Part shown: positions 37,322 to 48,750 of the stretch, in pieces | How positions within the stretch are numbered: position 1 is the stretch's first letter | Layout of the letters: the number at the start of each line of letters is the position of its first letter | NCBI GenBank assembly: GCA_963575745.1 | Contig: CAUYUJ010000237.1 | Location: 434,001 to 498,000, forward strand | Source: Prorocentrum cordatum | Taxonomy: Eukaryota | Length of the DNA stretch: 64,000 nucleotides | Direction: 5' to 3' | Program-made: the position numbers and the translations under genes | Notes under the pieces: model-generated | The model's database searches: none | Told to the model about the DNA's origin: nothing | Seen by the model: the letters and a program-made list of their open reading frames with translations, nothing else

Positions 37322-37750
37322 GCCAGGACACCATTCCTAGGACATCAACACAGAGAATCAACAACAACACTGTTGCGTTCTGTCAATCCGAAACCGCACC
37401 GTCGAATCCGCAGCCAGAAGATGAAGACGAATGCGCGCGGCGCTACGGCTCGAGGCACATTGTGACAAGGAGCCGCCCTCCATCCGTGAAACGGCTGCAA
37501 CATCTGAAGACAAATGTGGATTGCGCTCATGCGAATGCCACATCTTGAAAAGGACCCGCCATCCATTCGTCAAGCTGTGGCAAACTGTGAAGACGAATGT
37601 GCACGGCGCTAACGCGAGAGCCACATTTTGAAAAAGACCCGCTCCATTAGCGAATTTGCTGCAAATTTTGAAGTCGAACATGCGCGGCGTTGAGGCGAGA
37701 GACACATGTTGAAAACGGCCTGCCTTCCATCCGTGAAATTGTTGTACATG
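37322..37750 (+). repeat. Dispersed repeat with about 84-bp subunits; inverted relative to 53870-54373
   Basis: 'cacat.ttgaaaa.g.cc.gcc' near 37450, 37538, 37622 and 37703. Confidence 0.75.
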
Positions 37751-38508
37751 GCTTCAGGATCATAAAAGGTGAGAGGGTCTCAGGCGAAACGCTCGTCCCG
37801 CCCTACGACACGTCTGGGGGTTGCGACAGGGAGGCGTTATTCACAAGGACAAGCGGTGGACAAGTAGGGGGAGGAGGATGAGGAGGAATCTCGCCCAGGA
37901 CGAAAGATCCTGCCGACGCCGTCGAGATAGTCGAGCGTAACCCCTACGGTGTGCCGGAAACGCCAGGCGGCCCGATCTTGCACGGCAGAAGGGTCATGTG
38001 GGGTTCTCCGCGCTTGTTGGATTGGTTTGGGTGCGTGGAAGATGGATCGAGGAGGGGATGCCTCCTGTCCCTCTATGCCATCTGTAGATGTAACCGCCTC
38101 CCTTGCGGTATGTAGGTAATCAAATCGGCTTTGCCAGCGATGTTCTACGTGAGTATTTCATGCTGCCTTCTGGTATGCGACAGCCTCACGGCAGCAACTG
38201 AGCCTTGCGGCGGCTTGTCTTGGAAACGTGGCGTCTGTCCACCCTGCATGTCTCCATTATTTCCTCCTTGTGTTCCCTCTAGAATGCCTATGTGCACTTG
38301 CCTTGGCTCTGGGCTCTCCATGTTGAGGGTCCCGATGGGAATTGCCGATTAGCTCATACATATATGTGTTTAGATGTTTCTTCCTCCTTCTCCTCCTCCT
38401 CCTCCTCCAGTCCTTTCTCCTTGAAATGTCTCCTCCCTTTCGCACAAGTCCAGTTGCTCCTCCCATACAGTACAGTTGTCCGCATACAGTACAGCATCTT
38501 TCGCCGCC

Positions 38509-39623
38509 ATGCCAGAGAAACACGTTATTTCTTCTCCTGAACCACTGCGCTCGACACTCAAACCAGCAGAGAAGATGGCTCGCACTGGCAGCTCACCACT
38601 GAAGGTCTTCGCAGAAGATGCAATTTCATGTCAGACACTGTTCGAACATCGACTGGATGAAGCAGGCAAGAGCAACATCAGGGAGAACACCAACATGACT
38701 CCTGGAGCAGCTCTCATTGCCGAGACGCTCAGAACTATACTCAACGAGCAACTGGAACCATTGCGGAACGACATCACGGCTATCAAGGCACACGGTATCT
38801 CGCGGGAGGATTTGGACACCACAATGGCCTTTCTACGGAAAGACATCGACGACATCACCAAGCGCGCAACGGTTTTGGAAACATCATCCCGACCGACATC
38901 AGCAAATTTGCAGCGACAGTGGATTCTACGACCAACGCCAAACTACTGCAGCTAGATATGGACGTCCAAGCGATGAAGCAGCAGCGATCTACACCAGCAC
39001 ATCCACAACGACCTGGAACCCACGGCACCGACAGCATCCCAGATACGAGGAGCATTACGGCTGTCATCGGTAACCTTGGCGATTTCGTCACCATGGAGGC
39101 CGCAAGCAGTTGCATCCAACAAGAATTTCAACGTCTGGACGCGCAAGTGCCAACAACCACCTACAGCAAGCGAGAGTTCAACGATATGCTGTTTATGGAG
39201 TTCTTGAACACTGACGATCGACACCTTGTGGTTGGACAGCTTCGGAGAGCCAAGATCAGCAGGAACGGACAACAGAGTTGGGCTGCGAACGACCGCCCGC
39301 CTTTAGCCCGGGCAGCACGCAACTACTGTTTTTACGTCAAGTATCTGTTGAAGAACACCATGGGCCTCGAACGCCCCATCCGCATTGATGACACGGAACA
39401 GCCATACACAGTCACAGTCGGCGGGCAGTTGGCCTTGAGCGTGACGATCGCCGGGGACACGGTCATACGCACATGGACTACGCGAGATTGGGCCGAATGG
39501 GAGGAATTACGTAACAACGAGAAATTAATTGAGCTGGCGAAGACGTGCGACGGGATCGTCGAGCGTGCTTCGAGGAATCTGAAAGGCGGCGGAAAAAAAG
39601 GGCAGTCCAAAAGGTCCGCCTAG
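38509..39623 (+). pseudogene. LINE ORF1-like protein (coiled coil plus RRM-like region), one frameshift near 38920
   Basis: ATG in the context tttcgccgccATG; heptads 'LNEQLEPLRNDITAIK..LRKDIDDITKRATVLE'; 'TAVIGNL..MLFMEF'; basic Gly/Lys tail. Confidence 0.55.
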
Positions 39624-40199
39624 GACCTACGGCGGCCTAGGACCTACGCCTTGCAACCACCGGCAGCGCCCGAGCTCCATTAACACGCGCTATGTATTCT
39701 GGATTTTGGGGCGCGGGGATTGCGGGCAAAGCTACCGACACCTCCGCCGTTACGGAATACAAACGCCCGTATGTATGTTCAGACTCAGTTGTCCGACCCG
39801 GGTCTTCATTTTCAGTTCGCTCTAGCAGATCTCTCGTGCCCAGCCCCCAATTTCCCGCTCCAGTCCTCCAGTCCGAGCGCCCCGAGTTACCTACACCCGC
39901 AGTTTTGGACATTATCGCGCGCACGAGCGTGGGCAAAACTACCCTCGAGCAGGGCGCAGCGGATGTATTATTACCTTATTCAGCACGGTGTTCCCTTATC
40001 GCTGACGGTAAAATATTCGCTTCCCTTACATGTGCGCTGTTTCCGACGACAGGTGTTGGCTCCAAGGTTTTGCGCGGACGTGCCGATCTACACCGATCAG
40101 GTCATCATCGCGCACAGGTCACCCCAAGTTCGACCTCTTCGACTCCAGGTCCGTATTCCGACATCCAACCTCTAGCATCAAACCTTTCACTTCCACCTC

Positions 40200-40737
40200 A
40201 CCCCATCGACCTCCAGCCTCCAACCTACGATGTTCCACCTCCACCTCTACCTTTTGAACTCCAGCATCCACCATCTCGGTACTCCGTCGTCAGTTTTCTC
40301 GGCATTCGAGTCCCGAGCTTTACTTCCACCACTGCCAGTGGATCCCCAGCCGTCAGCAGCACAGCACTACAACCTCCACTTTCAAGCAGCAGACTTTGCA
40401 CCTCCACCTATCGACCTCTGGCTTCCAGCACCTCCACCTTCGACCTTCAGATTCCAATAGCCACCTATCCACCTCCACCTCTACTAACGTCCACCAATTC
40501 AGTATTCCGACCACAGTTTTTTGGCATTCGAGTCTTCACCTCCACCACAGTTGGTGGACCCCCAGCCTCCAGCAGCGCAGCACTCCGACCTCCACACTCA
40601 AGCAGCAGACTTTGCTCCTCCACCTATTGACCTTCAGCTTCCACCACCGCCACCTATCGACCCTCAGCCTCCAGCAGCCCCTTCTCCACCTCCACCTCTA
40701 CTTTCGACCTCCAGCGTTCACCAAGTCAGTATTCCGT
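40200..40737. repeat. C-rich tandem repeat, about 225-bp unit; the third unit continues at 47881
   Basis: 'ggcattcgagtc' at 40301, 40523 and 47908 (equivalent to about 40750 once LINE-B is removed). Confidence 0.85.
40723..40737 (+). repeat. 15-bp target-site duplication of LINE-B, left copy; its last 5 nt overlap the SL
   Basis: AAGTCAGTATTCCGT is identical at 40723-40737 and 47881-47895. Confidence 0.95.
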
Positions 40738-40760
40738 AGCCGTTTTGCGCTCAAGCCATT
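40733..40760 (+). other. Retroposed dinoflagellate spliced leader plus the start of a possible relic
   Basis: TCCGTAGCCGTTTTGCGCTCAAG (one substitution and one insertion relative to DinoSL, 40733-40755), followed by CCATT. Confidence 0.88.
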
Positions 40761-40860
40761 GAGCGTTGCAGGTGCAGGATTCAAAACGGCACTTCGCGCC
40801 TGCGAGTCAATCAGCTTCGGAGAGGGCCGCACCTTCACAGTTCATAATCATTTCGCCGCC

Positions 40861-42135
40861 ATGGGGAAGGGCGGCTTCGGCAAGCGCGGCCCTGGTGGTC
40901 AGTATGACAAGGGCGGCGGCAAGGGCGGCAAGAGCATCCCCTCGGCGGCCGTCCTCGAGCACGAGATCGCGCTGTTCGACAGTGGTGGCACGCCTCTTCC
41001 TCCTTGGGCTGCTCGGGCTCCAGGGGTTCAGCCTGATGGTCCTCCCGCCCTCTGGACATGCTCGGCGTGCGGCTGCAGGAAGAACGAGATGCGCTGGTCG
41101 CGCTGCAAGCATTGTGGCTCTCAGTGGACCCCGTTCCAGCCATGCGCGCCCACTTCCTTCGGCACGCCTGGGGGAGTCTGGTCTGCTGGCTTCAGCAGCA
41201 ACCTGCCGTACTCCCCCTTTGCTGCTGCTCAAGGGCCACCAGGCTCCTTCGCGCCAGGCGACCATGGTGGCGGCAAGGGTGGCAAGTCGCCAGGTGGTCC
41301 AACCAAGCCAGAGACACCTCTTTCTCGTGAAGAGCACGCGTCTTTGGCGGAACTGCCGGCTAAGGCTGGAGACGCTCTGGGAGCGGCTAAGCATCGTGAG
41401 CTGGCCAAGCCTCCACCTGTGGCCAAGGAGCCCACCCTGCAGCACCAGGTTTCCATGGCCCACAGCAAGCTGCGAGGCCTCGAGAGGAAGTTGCAGGGCG
41501 CGGTTCAGAGGTTCGAGGAGTGGTCGGTGCAGATGGTGGAGCGGCGTGCTTTGGTCACCAAGTTCACTGAGGAGTGTGAGCAGGCCGACGGTGAGCATCG
41601 TCGACTGGTGGCCGCACTTCATGCTCAGACGTCGGCGGCCGACTTGCAGAAGGTGCCAGAGGACAAGGTCGTGCCTTGTTCGCTGTCGTCAATCATGGAC
41701 GGGACCTTCACGGACAAGCTGGTCATTGACCCCTCGGAGCTGCTTGGAGGCGTCGAGGATTTCGAGCTCTCGGAGGCCGACAAGGAGGAGCTCGAGAAGA
41801 GGGGCAACCAGCTGCCAGAAGGCATCCAAAAGTTGGCACAGCGGCTGTTCGCGCAGGCCTCCGAGACTGCCAAGAAGATCCAGGAGGCACACAAGGAGCA
41901 TCTCGGACGACTTGCCAAGAAGAGGAAGACTGACGAAGGTGCTGCCCCTGGCGCTGATGGAGGTGGAGATGCTGAGTCTGCCGCAGACGTCGCCGCCACT
42001 GGTCCAGCGGCAGCAGCAGCGCAGCTTCCAGAGGTTGATGCTGAAGCTACCGCGTCTGCAGCTCTACGTCAGCGTGCCGCCAAGATCATTCAGCATGGGC
42101 AGCCTGAACAAGACCCCCCCCCTGCTGCCGCGTGA
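40861..42135 (+). CDS. LINE-B ORF1, 424 aa: Gly/Lys-rich N-terminus, RanBP2-like zinc finger, coiled coil
   Basis: First ATG after the SL, in tttcgccgccATGG context; 'WTCSACGCRKNEMRWSRCKHCG'; 'HSKLRGLERKLQGAVQRFEEW'; homologous to LINE-A ORF1. Confidence 0.85.
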   Translation: MGKGGFGKRGPGGQYDKGGGKGGKSIPSAAVLEHEIALFDSGGTPLPPWAARAPGVQPDGPPALWTCSACGCRKNEMRWSRCKHCGSQWTPFQPCAPTSFGTPGGVWSAGFSSNLPYSPFAAAQGPPGSFAPGDHGGGKGGKSPGGPTKPETPLSREEHASLAELPAKAGDALGAAKHRELAKPPPVAKEPTLQHQVSMAHSKLRGLERKLQGAVQRFEEWSVQMVERRALVTKFTEECEQADGEHRRLVAALHAQTSAADLQKVPEDKVVPCSLSSIMDGTFTDKLVIDPSELLGGVEDFELSEADKEELEKRGNQLPEGIQKLAQRLFAQASETAKKIQEAHKEHLGRLAKKRKTDEGAAPGADGGGDAESAADVAATGPAAAAAQLPEVDAEATASAALRQRAAKIIQHGQPEQDPPPAAA

Positions 42136-43019
42136 GCATCAGCAGGGGGGCCTACATCGTGAACGCGTTCAATCCAGCGGCACGCTCACTTGCCCAGCCT
42201 GGCACATGTTCTCTCCGTTCCCCTCGGCAGGGGACTTTAATGCTCTGGGCCTCGGCCTTGCACCTTGGGGCGGAGACGAGAGTTGCCAAGGCTGGCAAGC
42301 AGGGCCCGCACCCGCTGGAGCTGCTGTCGACGCTCGCCCTCGTGGGTGTCATCAGCCTGCTGCTGAAGGAGTAGGGCTGGCTTTTTCTTTCGGAGTCGAG
42401 GATCCTGAGGTCTCAGGTCCTCTTGCACTGCATCCTGGATCCCTGGAGTGTATCTGGGGTTGTCTGGGTTTGCCGTCTTGCCGTGGGAACCTCCAGGAAT
42501 CGTGCGTTGAAACTGGAGGGTCCCACGAGCAGTACCCACTTTTTGCTCGAAGCAGCTTGGAATCTCGGTTCAGGACGCTCCTCCAGCCTCTGGGGGCACC
42601 CGTTTTCGGGCCTGGTGAGCTTTGTGCCACCAGGGCCACATTTGGCTCGGCCTCGGTGTGCAGTCGCAGCTCTTTTGCCTTTCGGCGTTCCCGCTGGACC
42701 CCTCCCCACGTGAAGCGACCGTCTGCCTTTAAGAGATCGCACTCGTCGCTCAGTGGAGCGGTCAAGCACACCCTTTGGAGGGCCAAGCGGGTGCTAGCCT
42801 CAGGTTGTGCCAGCTTGGCGCGTGCTGTTCACAGTGCTGCCTCGTGCGAGGCGCATTTTTTCGGGTTTGCCAACCCGTGTGAGGAATATCCTGTGCTCGT
42901 CGATTTGCAGCCGAGCAGTCCTGTCGAGTTTTTCAGCGGCCCCTCGGACCCTTCGGTGAGTTTCGTCGCCTCGGGCTCCCCTGAGGCCTTTGTTGGCCAC
43001 GGCTCGGCCCTTCTGGACA

Positions 43020-46000
43020 GTCTTGAGATTTGCACCCACACGGTTAATTGCAACCGATGGTCGACCATGAAGGAGCTCATGGCCAAGACTCCTGCGCACA
43101 TCATCCTATGCCAGGAGCACAGGATGCGAGGGGATGAAGACCTCTCACAAGCCTCGGCGTGGTGTGCTCGCCAAGGGTGGAAAGGCATCTTTACTGCGGC
43201 CCACGGGGCCGCCGCTGGTTCCACGTCGGCTGGCACTTGCATCCTTGTCAGAAACTTTCTCGGCCTTCATGAGCCCCCTGGGGGGGGGCGGTGGCTGCTG
43301 TTGGCAGAGCGACTGCTGGCATAGTGCACCTCCCGCGAGGTGATCGTTTCGCTCTCTGCTCTGTTTACCTCCATCACTCTGAAGGGTTGTCTGAGCGCAA
43401 TGTCGATCTCCTGGCCAGTATAGGGGAACGTATGTCTTCCCTTTCTCTTCCGTTCTGTATTGGAGGGGATTTCAACATGGTTCCAGGCACATTAGCCAGT
43501 TCGAAGTTCGCCGAGAAGTTGGTTGGGCTGCCTGTGGTGGCCGAGGGCCACACTCACTTTGGCGAGGGTCCCCCGTCCTCCCTGGACCACTTTGTGTTTT
43601 GGGGGGGGCTTGGGAAAACTGTCAAGAGCTGTGAGGTCGTCCTGGACACTACCTTGAGCCCCCACAGGCCGGTGCAAGTTGCGTGGCACGCTTCGTTTGG
43701 CAAGTTGAAAGGTCTTAGTTTCAGGAAGCCTCCTCCTCTCCCTGTCTCGGCTGTGGTGGGACCGCGTCCTGCTCCCCCCGACTGGAGTCTTGTGCGAGAG
43801 CTTGCTGACCAGGCCTCCCAATGTGTTGCTGCTGGTGATGCAAGGGGCGCATCGTCGCTTCTCTCGCCTTGCTATGCGGCCTGGGCTGACAAAGCCGAGG
43901 CTGAGCTTGTGCCAATTTTGGGACAGTCTGTCCCCTGTCTTGGTTCGAGATCCAAGGGCCCTCAGCTTGTGTGGAAGAAGCTGGTTGGTCGTGACCATGC
44001 TATTCGGGATCCTGAACATCATGCTGTGCGGTGGCTCAGCGTCCAATATCGGGCCCTAGCGTCGCTCCTGGATTCGAACCAAGGTGGCACTCCTCAGGCG
44101 AAGTCGCTGACGACGCTGCTACAGGAGCCTCCGCAGCAGGTTGAAGTTTCTGCTGCCCTTCGGCCTCTCTTTGAAGAGGTTGCCCGTGCTGTCGCCGAGC
44201 CTTGTCGGGATCTCATTGTGGGCAGGTGTTTCGACGCGGCGCTTCGGGACAAAATTGATGTTGCGGTCAGCAATGCTCAGTCAGCTGCCAAGAAGAGATC
44301 CCGTCAAAGCTGGCAAGCTTGGATTCGCGCTGGCCTTGACGAGGGAGCGAAAAGAGTTCACATGTTCACCAGGGACCCGTCACCTTGGAAGGCCACCACC
44401 ACCCTTTCTGCTGATGGCACCCTTGTGTCTGATCCCCTGGCGCTCTTGGCTTCGGAAGGTTTCAAGTTTGCCGCCTTCTGGGGCAAGGGCTCTGGAGCCT
44501 CTAGAGGCCCCCCGTCGCTTGGGCCGACGCTTCCGAGGGTTTCGGCCGACGAAATCAGGGAAGTCTCCAAGAAGTACAAGAGGGGTTCTGCGGTGGCCTA
44601 CGATGGCTTTAGTTGTCGTCACTTCCAGTACTTGTGTGATGATGCGTTGAACTCGCTCGCCGTCTTGTTTGAAGTTATGGAAGCGCTCGGCGAATTGCCC
44701 GAGCAGATTTCTGCCGTGCTGCTCGCTCTTCTCTCGAAGCCCACCGGTGGCTACAGGCCTATGGGGGTGTTCTGCTCCTGGCACAGGGTGTGGGGGAAGC
44801 TGCGGCGCCCCTTCGCCCTCGCCTGGGAGCAAGAGCACCCCCGTAGGTACTGGGCTGCTGGTGGGCATCGAGGTGCTGCCGACGTTGTTTGGAGGCAGTC
44901 TGTTCGGGCTGAGCACGGCACTGCGTCGAATGAGGTTTCGTGTAGTGTGTTCTACGATATGCTTAAGCACTACGAGACCATTGACCTTGCCAAGTTGATG
45001 TCCCAATGTCAGAGACACGGTTTCCCCTCCCCGATTGCGCGCCTTTGCATCTTTGCCTTTCGGCGTGGCCGTTTCCTGTCCCTGGGGGGCATCCTTTCGG
45101 GCCCCTTCTTTGTCGAGCGAGGTGTGGTGGCGGGCTGCAGCTTCGCCACCACCCTCATCAGGGTCTTTGCCCTCGACGCGTTCGACTCCATTCCCCTGTC
45201 CCCCAGATGTGATTTGGACATTTACATCGACGATTCGGGGATTTCTGCGACGGGCCCTCGTCACCGAGTTATTGCCTCTATTGTTGCCAGCTCGCAGGCC
45301 TTGCACACGGCAGTGACCGACATGCTTGGCTGCAGTTTCGCCCTGTCCAAAGTGTGCGCGGTCTCCTCTAATAGGGCGGTGGCCAGTGAGGTTGGCAAGC
45401 AGCTTGGCAGTCTGGCAGGTAGGATCGAGGATGTCACTGTCAACTTAGGTGTGGACTACACGGCGGGCAAGTCCATTCGAGCCTCAGGTCGGGCTAGTAA
45501 GCTCAAGTCGAGGCTGGCTACCATGTGCCGTCGAGCCAAGAGGCTCAAGAGGCTTTCGGGTGATCTTGGGAGAAAAACTCTGCGGGTGTTTTCCTCGGGC
45601 CCTCTTGCGGGAGGCTCCTACGGGGCTGACATTGTGGGTGTTTCTGACAATGATCTTTTATTGATGCGGAGGCAAGCCTTCTCGACTGTGCGGCCGTTTT
45701 CTCAGGGCAGGAGTCTCACTGCTTGCTGTATTTTAGCTGGAGATCCCACCTGGAGGGCGGCATGCGCGCCTGTGCTTAGGTGGGGAAAAGAAATATGGCT
45801 TGCTCAGACTAAGGTCTTCCCGCACTCCCTGGCCCTCAAGGGGCTTAGAGATTCTTGGAATGCCGTCTGGGGCCTTAGCAGGATCAGTTGGGGTCTCGTT
45901 GGGGGTCCTGTCTCTGCCCTCAGGCTTTGTCTGGTCAGGTTAGGGTGGCACATGGACAATTTCATGACCATTATTGATGACAGAGGGTACCACATCCCCC

Positions 46001-47761
46001 TCGGTGTGACCTCCCCTGCCCTCTTGTGTATTTTTTTGTCGGGAAGGTATGATCAGAGCTCTGGAGAGGGATCTGGGCGGCAAATGGGCGTCTGGAGGCC
46101 GCCTTTGCTTGGATGTCCCCCGTGCTGCTCTGGCGTCTAGCAAGTTCTCTCCCAGTGAAAAAGGTATGATTCGTGCTCTGGCGTGTAGCGCCATCTGGAC
46201 TCCTGATCGTGCCATTGCCTGTGGATATAGAGTTTGTTCTAAGTGCATCCATTGTGGCGAGGCAGACTCGCTGCACCATCGGCTGTGGGCCTGCCCGCAT
46301 GTGAGCGATCCGAGAGCGGAGCTTGCTAAGGACTGGATCATTGCTGCCGCCCGTGACACTGAGGCTGAGGACTACTCGGACCTCCTTTTCTGCTTCGGGG
46401 CTTTCGCCCATCCCGCCGATACCCTTCCGAGGCCGTGCCTCGAAGGCAATGTGGTGTTCCGCTGGCATCGTGATCTGCTCGAGGGCCCCGAAGGCTTCGA
46501 GGCTCCCCAGGAAGGTGCTGTCTGGGGGTCGCTGTTTCTCGACGGGTCTTGCAAGCGGCACATAATTCGGGAACTCAGCCGTGCGTCGTGGGCCATCACG
46601 ATGCACAATGACAGCGGGGATCTTTTATGTGAGGTTATGGGGCCTGTGTGGGCCCAATACCCTCAGACCCCGCAGGCTGGCGAATACTTAGCGCGTGGCA
46701 TGGCTGGTAATATGGCCAAGTACCCTTCCACCCTGTTCTCTGACTGTTTGAATGTGGTCAAGCATTCTAAGTTGCCTCCTGGCGATCGCCTCTCGGGTAA
46801 GAGGGTGTACAGTGGCATAATCATGGAAGCCAATGCTCGAGAAGGCACGTGCATTCAGGATATTGTTAAGGTTTCTGCTCACAAGGATTTAGATGAAGCT
46901 GGCATCGACCAGTTCGAAAGGTTTTGTCGCAAATGCAATAATGATGCGGACGCGGCGGCCAAAGCCGCGCTGTCGTTTCATGCGTCAGATATTAATGAGA
47001 GTGAAGATCTCAGCAAGAAGATTGACATTGCTAAAGCAGTGTGTCGACTAGGGGCCAAGCTTCTCTTAGAGTGGCCCCGACTGGATTTATCTGATGCCGA
47101 TTATATTCCGCCAGCCCCCAAGCCCAGGTTTTCCTGGGACAAGCCTGGGCACGACTGGGCCCCTTGGTCCGGTGTGTGGCGCTGTAGAGTTTGTTTGTTG
47201 GGTTCCAGGGGATCTGGCGTCCCTGATCCTGGCATATGCTCTGGCAGGTGCAAGCTTGATGACGGTGTGCTGGTGTCGCTGCGGCATCGTGTTTTGGCCT
47301 TCTCCTGCAGTGACGGTTCACATCTTTTTGTTTGCGTGAAATGCCGCTACCACAGCACAGGTGCTCGTGTGGACGGCCTAGGGAAGCTGTGTAAGGATCG
47401 GCCCTCCAGGAACGCCGAGTATTCTTGGAGGCACCTCTGTCGAGGAGTGCACCCGAACCCCAGGAAGCGAGCTGTGACGGTGAATACTCACCAGATCTGT
47501 GCCCTGTTTGGTTCTCAGGCCGAGGAGGCTCCCTCGTGCTGCAGGGCCGTGGAGGCCCCAGCTGGGAACCACATGGCGGAGGAGGAGGTGGTCCCCCCTT
47601 CCTCGGTCGAGCCTCCCCCCCCCTCGGAGGAGGAGGTCCGTCAGGCCTGTCAGGCCCGAGAGCTCAGCGTCTCCTCTCAGTCCCTCCGCCGTCTCCAAGC
47701 CGCTAGGAGTTGCGGTGAGGAAAGGAGGGACCTGGATGCTGACTCGGGTTCTTCTGACTAA
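43020..47761 (+). CDS. LINE-B ORF2: AP endonuclease, RT, zinc motif, RNase H and C-terminal Cys/His motifs; two frameshifts; true start probably further upstream
   Basis: APE 'HTVNCN', 'ILCQEHR', 'SVYL', 'GGDFNM', 'LDHFV', 'SPHRPV'. RT 'KPTGGYRP', 'DMLKHYETID', 'GVVAGCSFAT', 'YIDD'. Zinc motif 'CIHCGEADSLHHRLWAC'. RNase H 'LDGSC', 'QAGEY', 'SDCLNV', 'KVSAH', 'NNDAD'. Frameshifts lie at the G-run near 43280 and the T-run near 46031. Confidence 0.9.
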
Positions 47762-47880
47762 TTTTATCCTGCCACCCTTGTGGCTCACCTCCTTGCCTCA
47801 GCGGCATGGAGGACGCAGCAGCGATTTCCCAGCCGTCGCTGCTGACAGGAGAGGCTGTGCGGGCGTTGAGCTCAAAAAAA

Positions 47881-47895
47881 AAGTCAGTATTCCGT
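47881..47895 (+). repeat. 15-bp target-site duplication of LINE-B, right copy
   Basis: Identical to 40723-40737. Confidence 0.95.
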
Positions 47896-47994
47896 TTTCA
47901 GTTATTCGGCATTCGAGTCTTCATTTTCACCACAGCCAGTGGACCTCCAGCCTCCAGCAGCGCAGCACTCCGACCTCCACTCTCAAGCAGCCGA

Positions 47995-48750
47995 CGCCGA
48001 CCTCTAGCGTCCATCATGTGACCTCCCACCACCACCACCATCTCCACCTTGCGACCTCCAGGCTCCGACGGCCCAGCATTCCGACCTCCAGCGTCCATCA
48101 TGTGACTTCCCACCACCACCATTTCCACCTATCGACCTCCAGGTTCAGACGTTCCAGCATTCCGACCTCCAGAGTCCAACATTCGACCTCCGAACACCAC
48201 CATCTCCACCTATCGACCTCCAGGCCCCGACGGCCCAGCATTCCGACCTCTTAGAGTCCAACATTCGACCTCCCACCACCATCATCTCCATCTATCGACC
48301 TCCAGGCTGCGACGGCCCAGCGTTCCGACACCCAGCCTCCAATATTCGACCTCCCGCCATTGCCATCTCCACCTATCGACCTCCAGGCTCCGATGGCCCA
48401 GCATTCCGAGCTCCAGCGTCCATCATTCGACCTCCGAACACCACCATCTCCACCTATTGACCTCCAGGCTCAGACGGCCCAGCATCCCGACCTCCAGAGT
48501 CCAACATTCGACCTCCCACCACCACCATCTCCACCTATCGACCTCCAGGCTCCGACGGCCCAGCATTCCGACCTCCAGAGTCCAACATTCGACCTCCCAC
48601 CACCTTCTCCAACTATCATCCTCCAGGCTCCGACGGCCCAGCATTCTGACCTCCAGCGTCCCAGCATTCGACCTCCCGCCACTACCATGTCCACCTATCG
48701 ACCTTCAGGCTCCGACGGCCCAGCATTCCGACCTCCAGCGTCCCATCATT
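47995..48750. repeat. C-rich minisatellite, about 81-bp unit, about 9 copies; related degenerate units at about 49720-50250
   Basis: 'ccacctatcgacctcc' or variants at 48044, 48125, 48206, 48288, 48369, 48450, 48531, 48609 and 48691. Confidence 0.9.

Larger units (their letters stand above)
40733..47880 (+). mobile_element. LINE-B: full-length, nearly intact non-LTR retrotransposon (ORF1; APE-RT-RNase H), SL-headed
   Basis: 15-bp TSDs, 5' DinoSL, A-tail from 47874, intact ORF1, and an ORF2 broken only at two homopolymer runs. Confidence 0.95.

Noticed and set aside
40396..40860. N-terminal extension making ORF1 579 aa
   Set aside because: It crosses the TSD and SL from flanking repeat DNA; the plausible start is the ATG at 40861.
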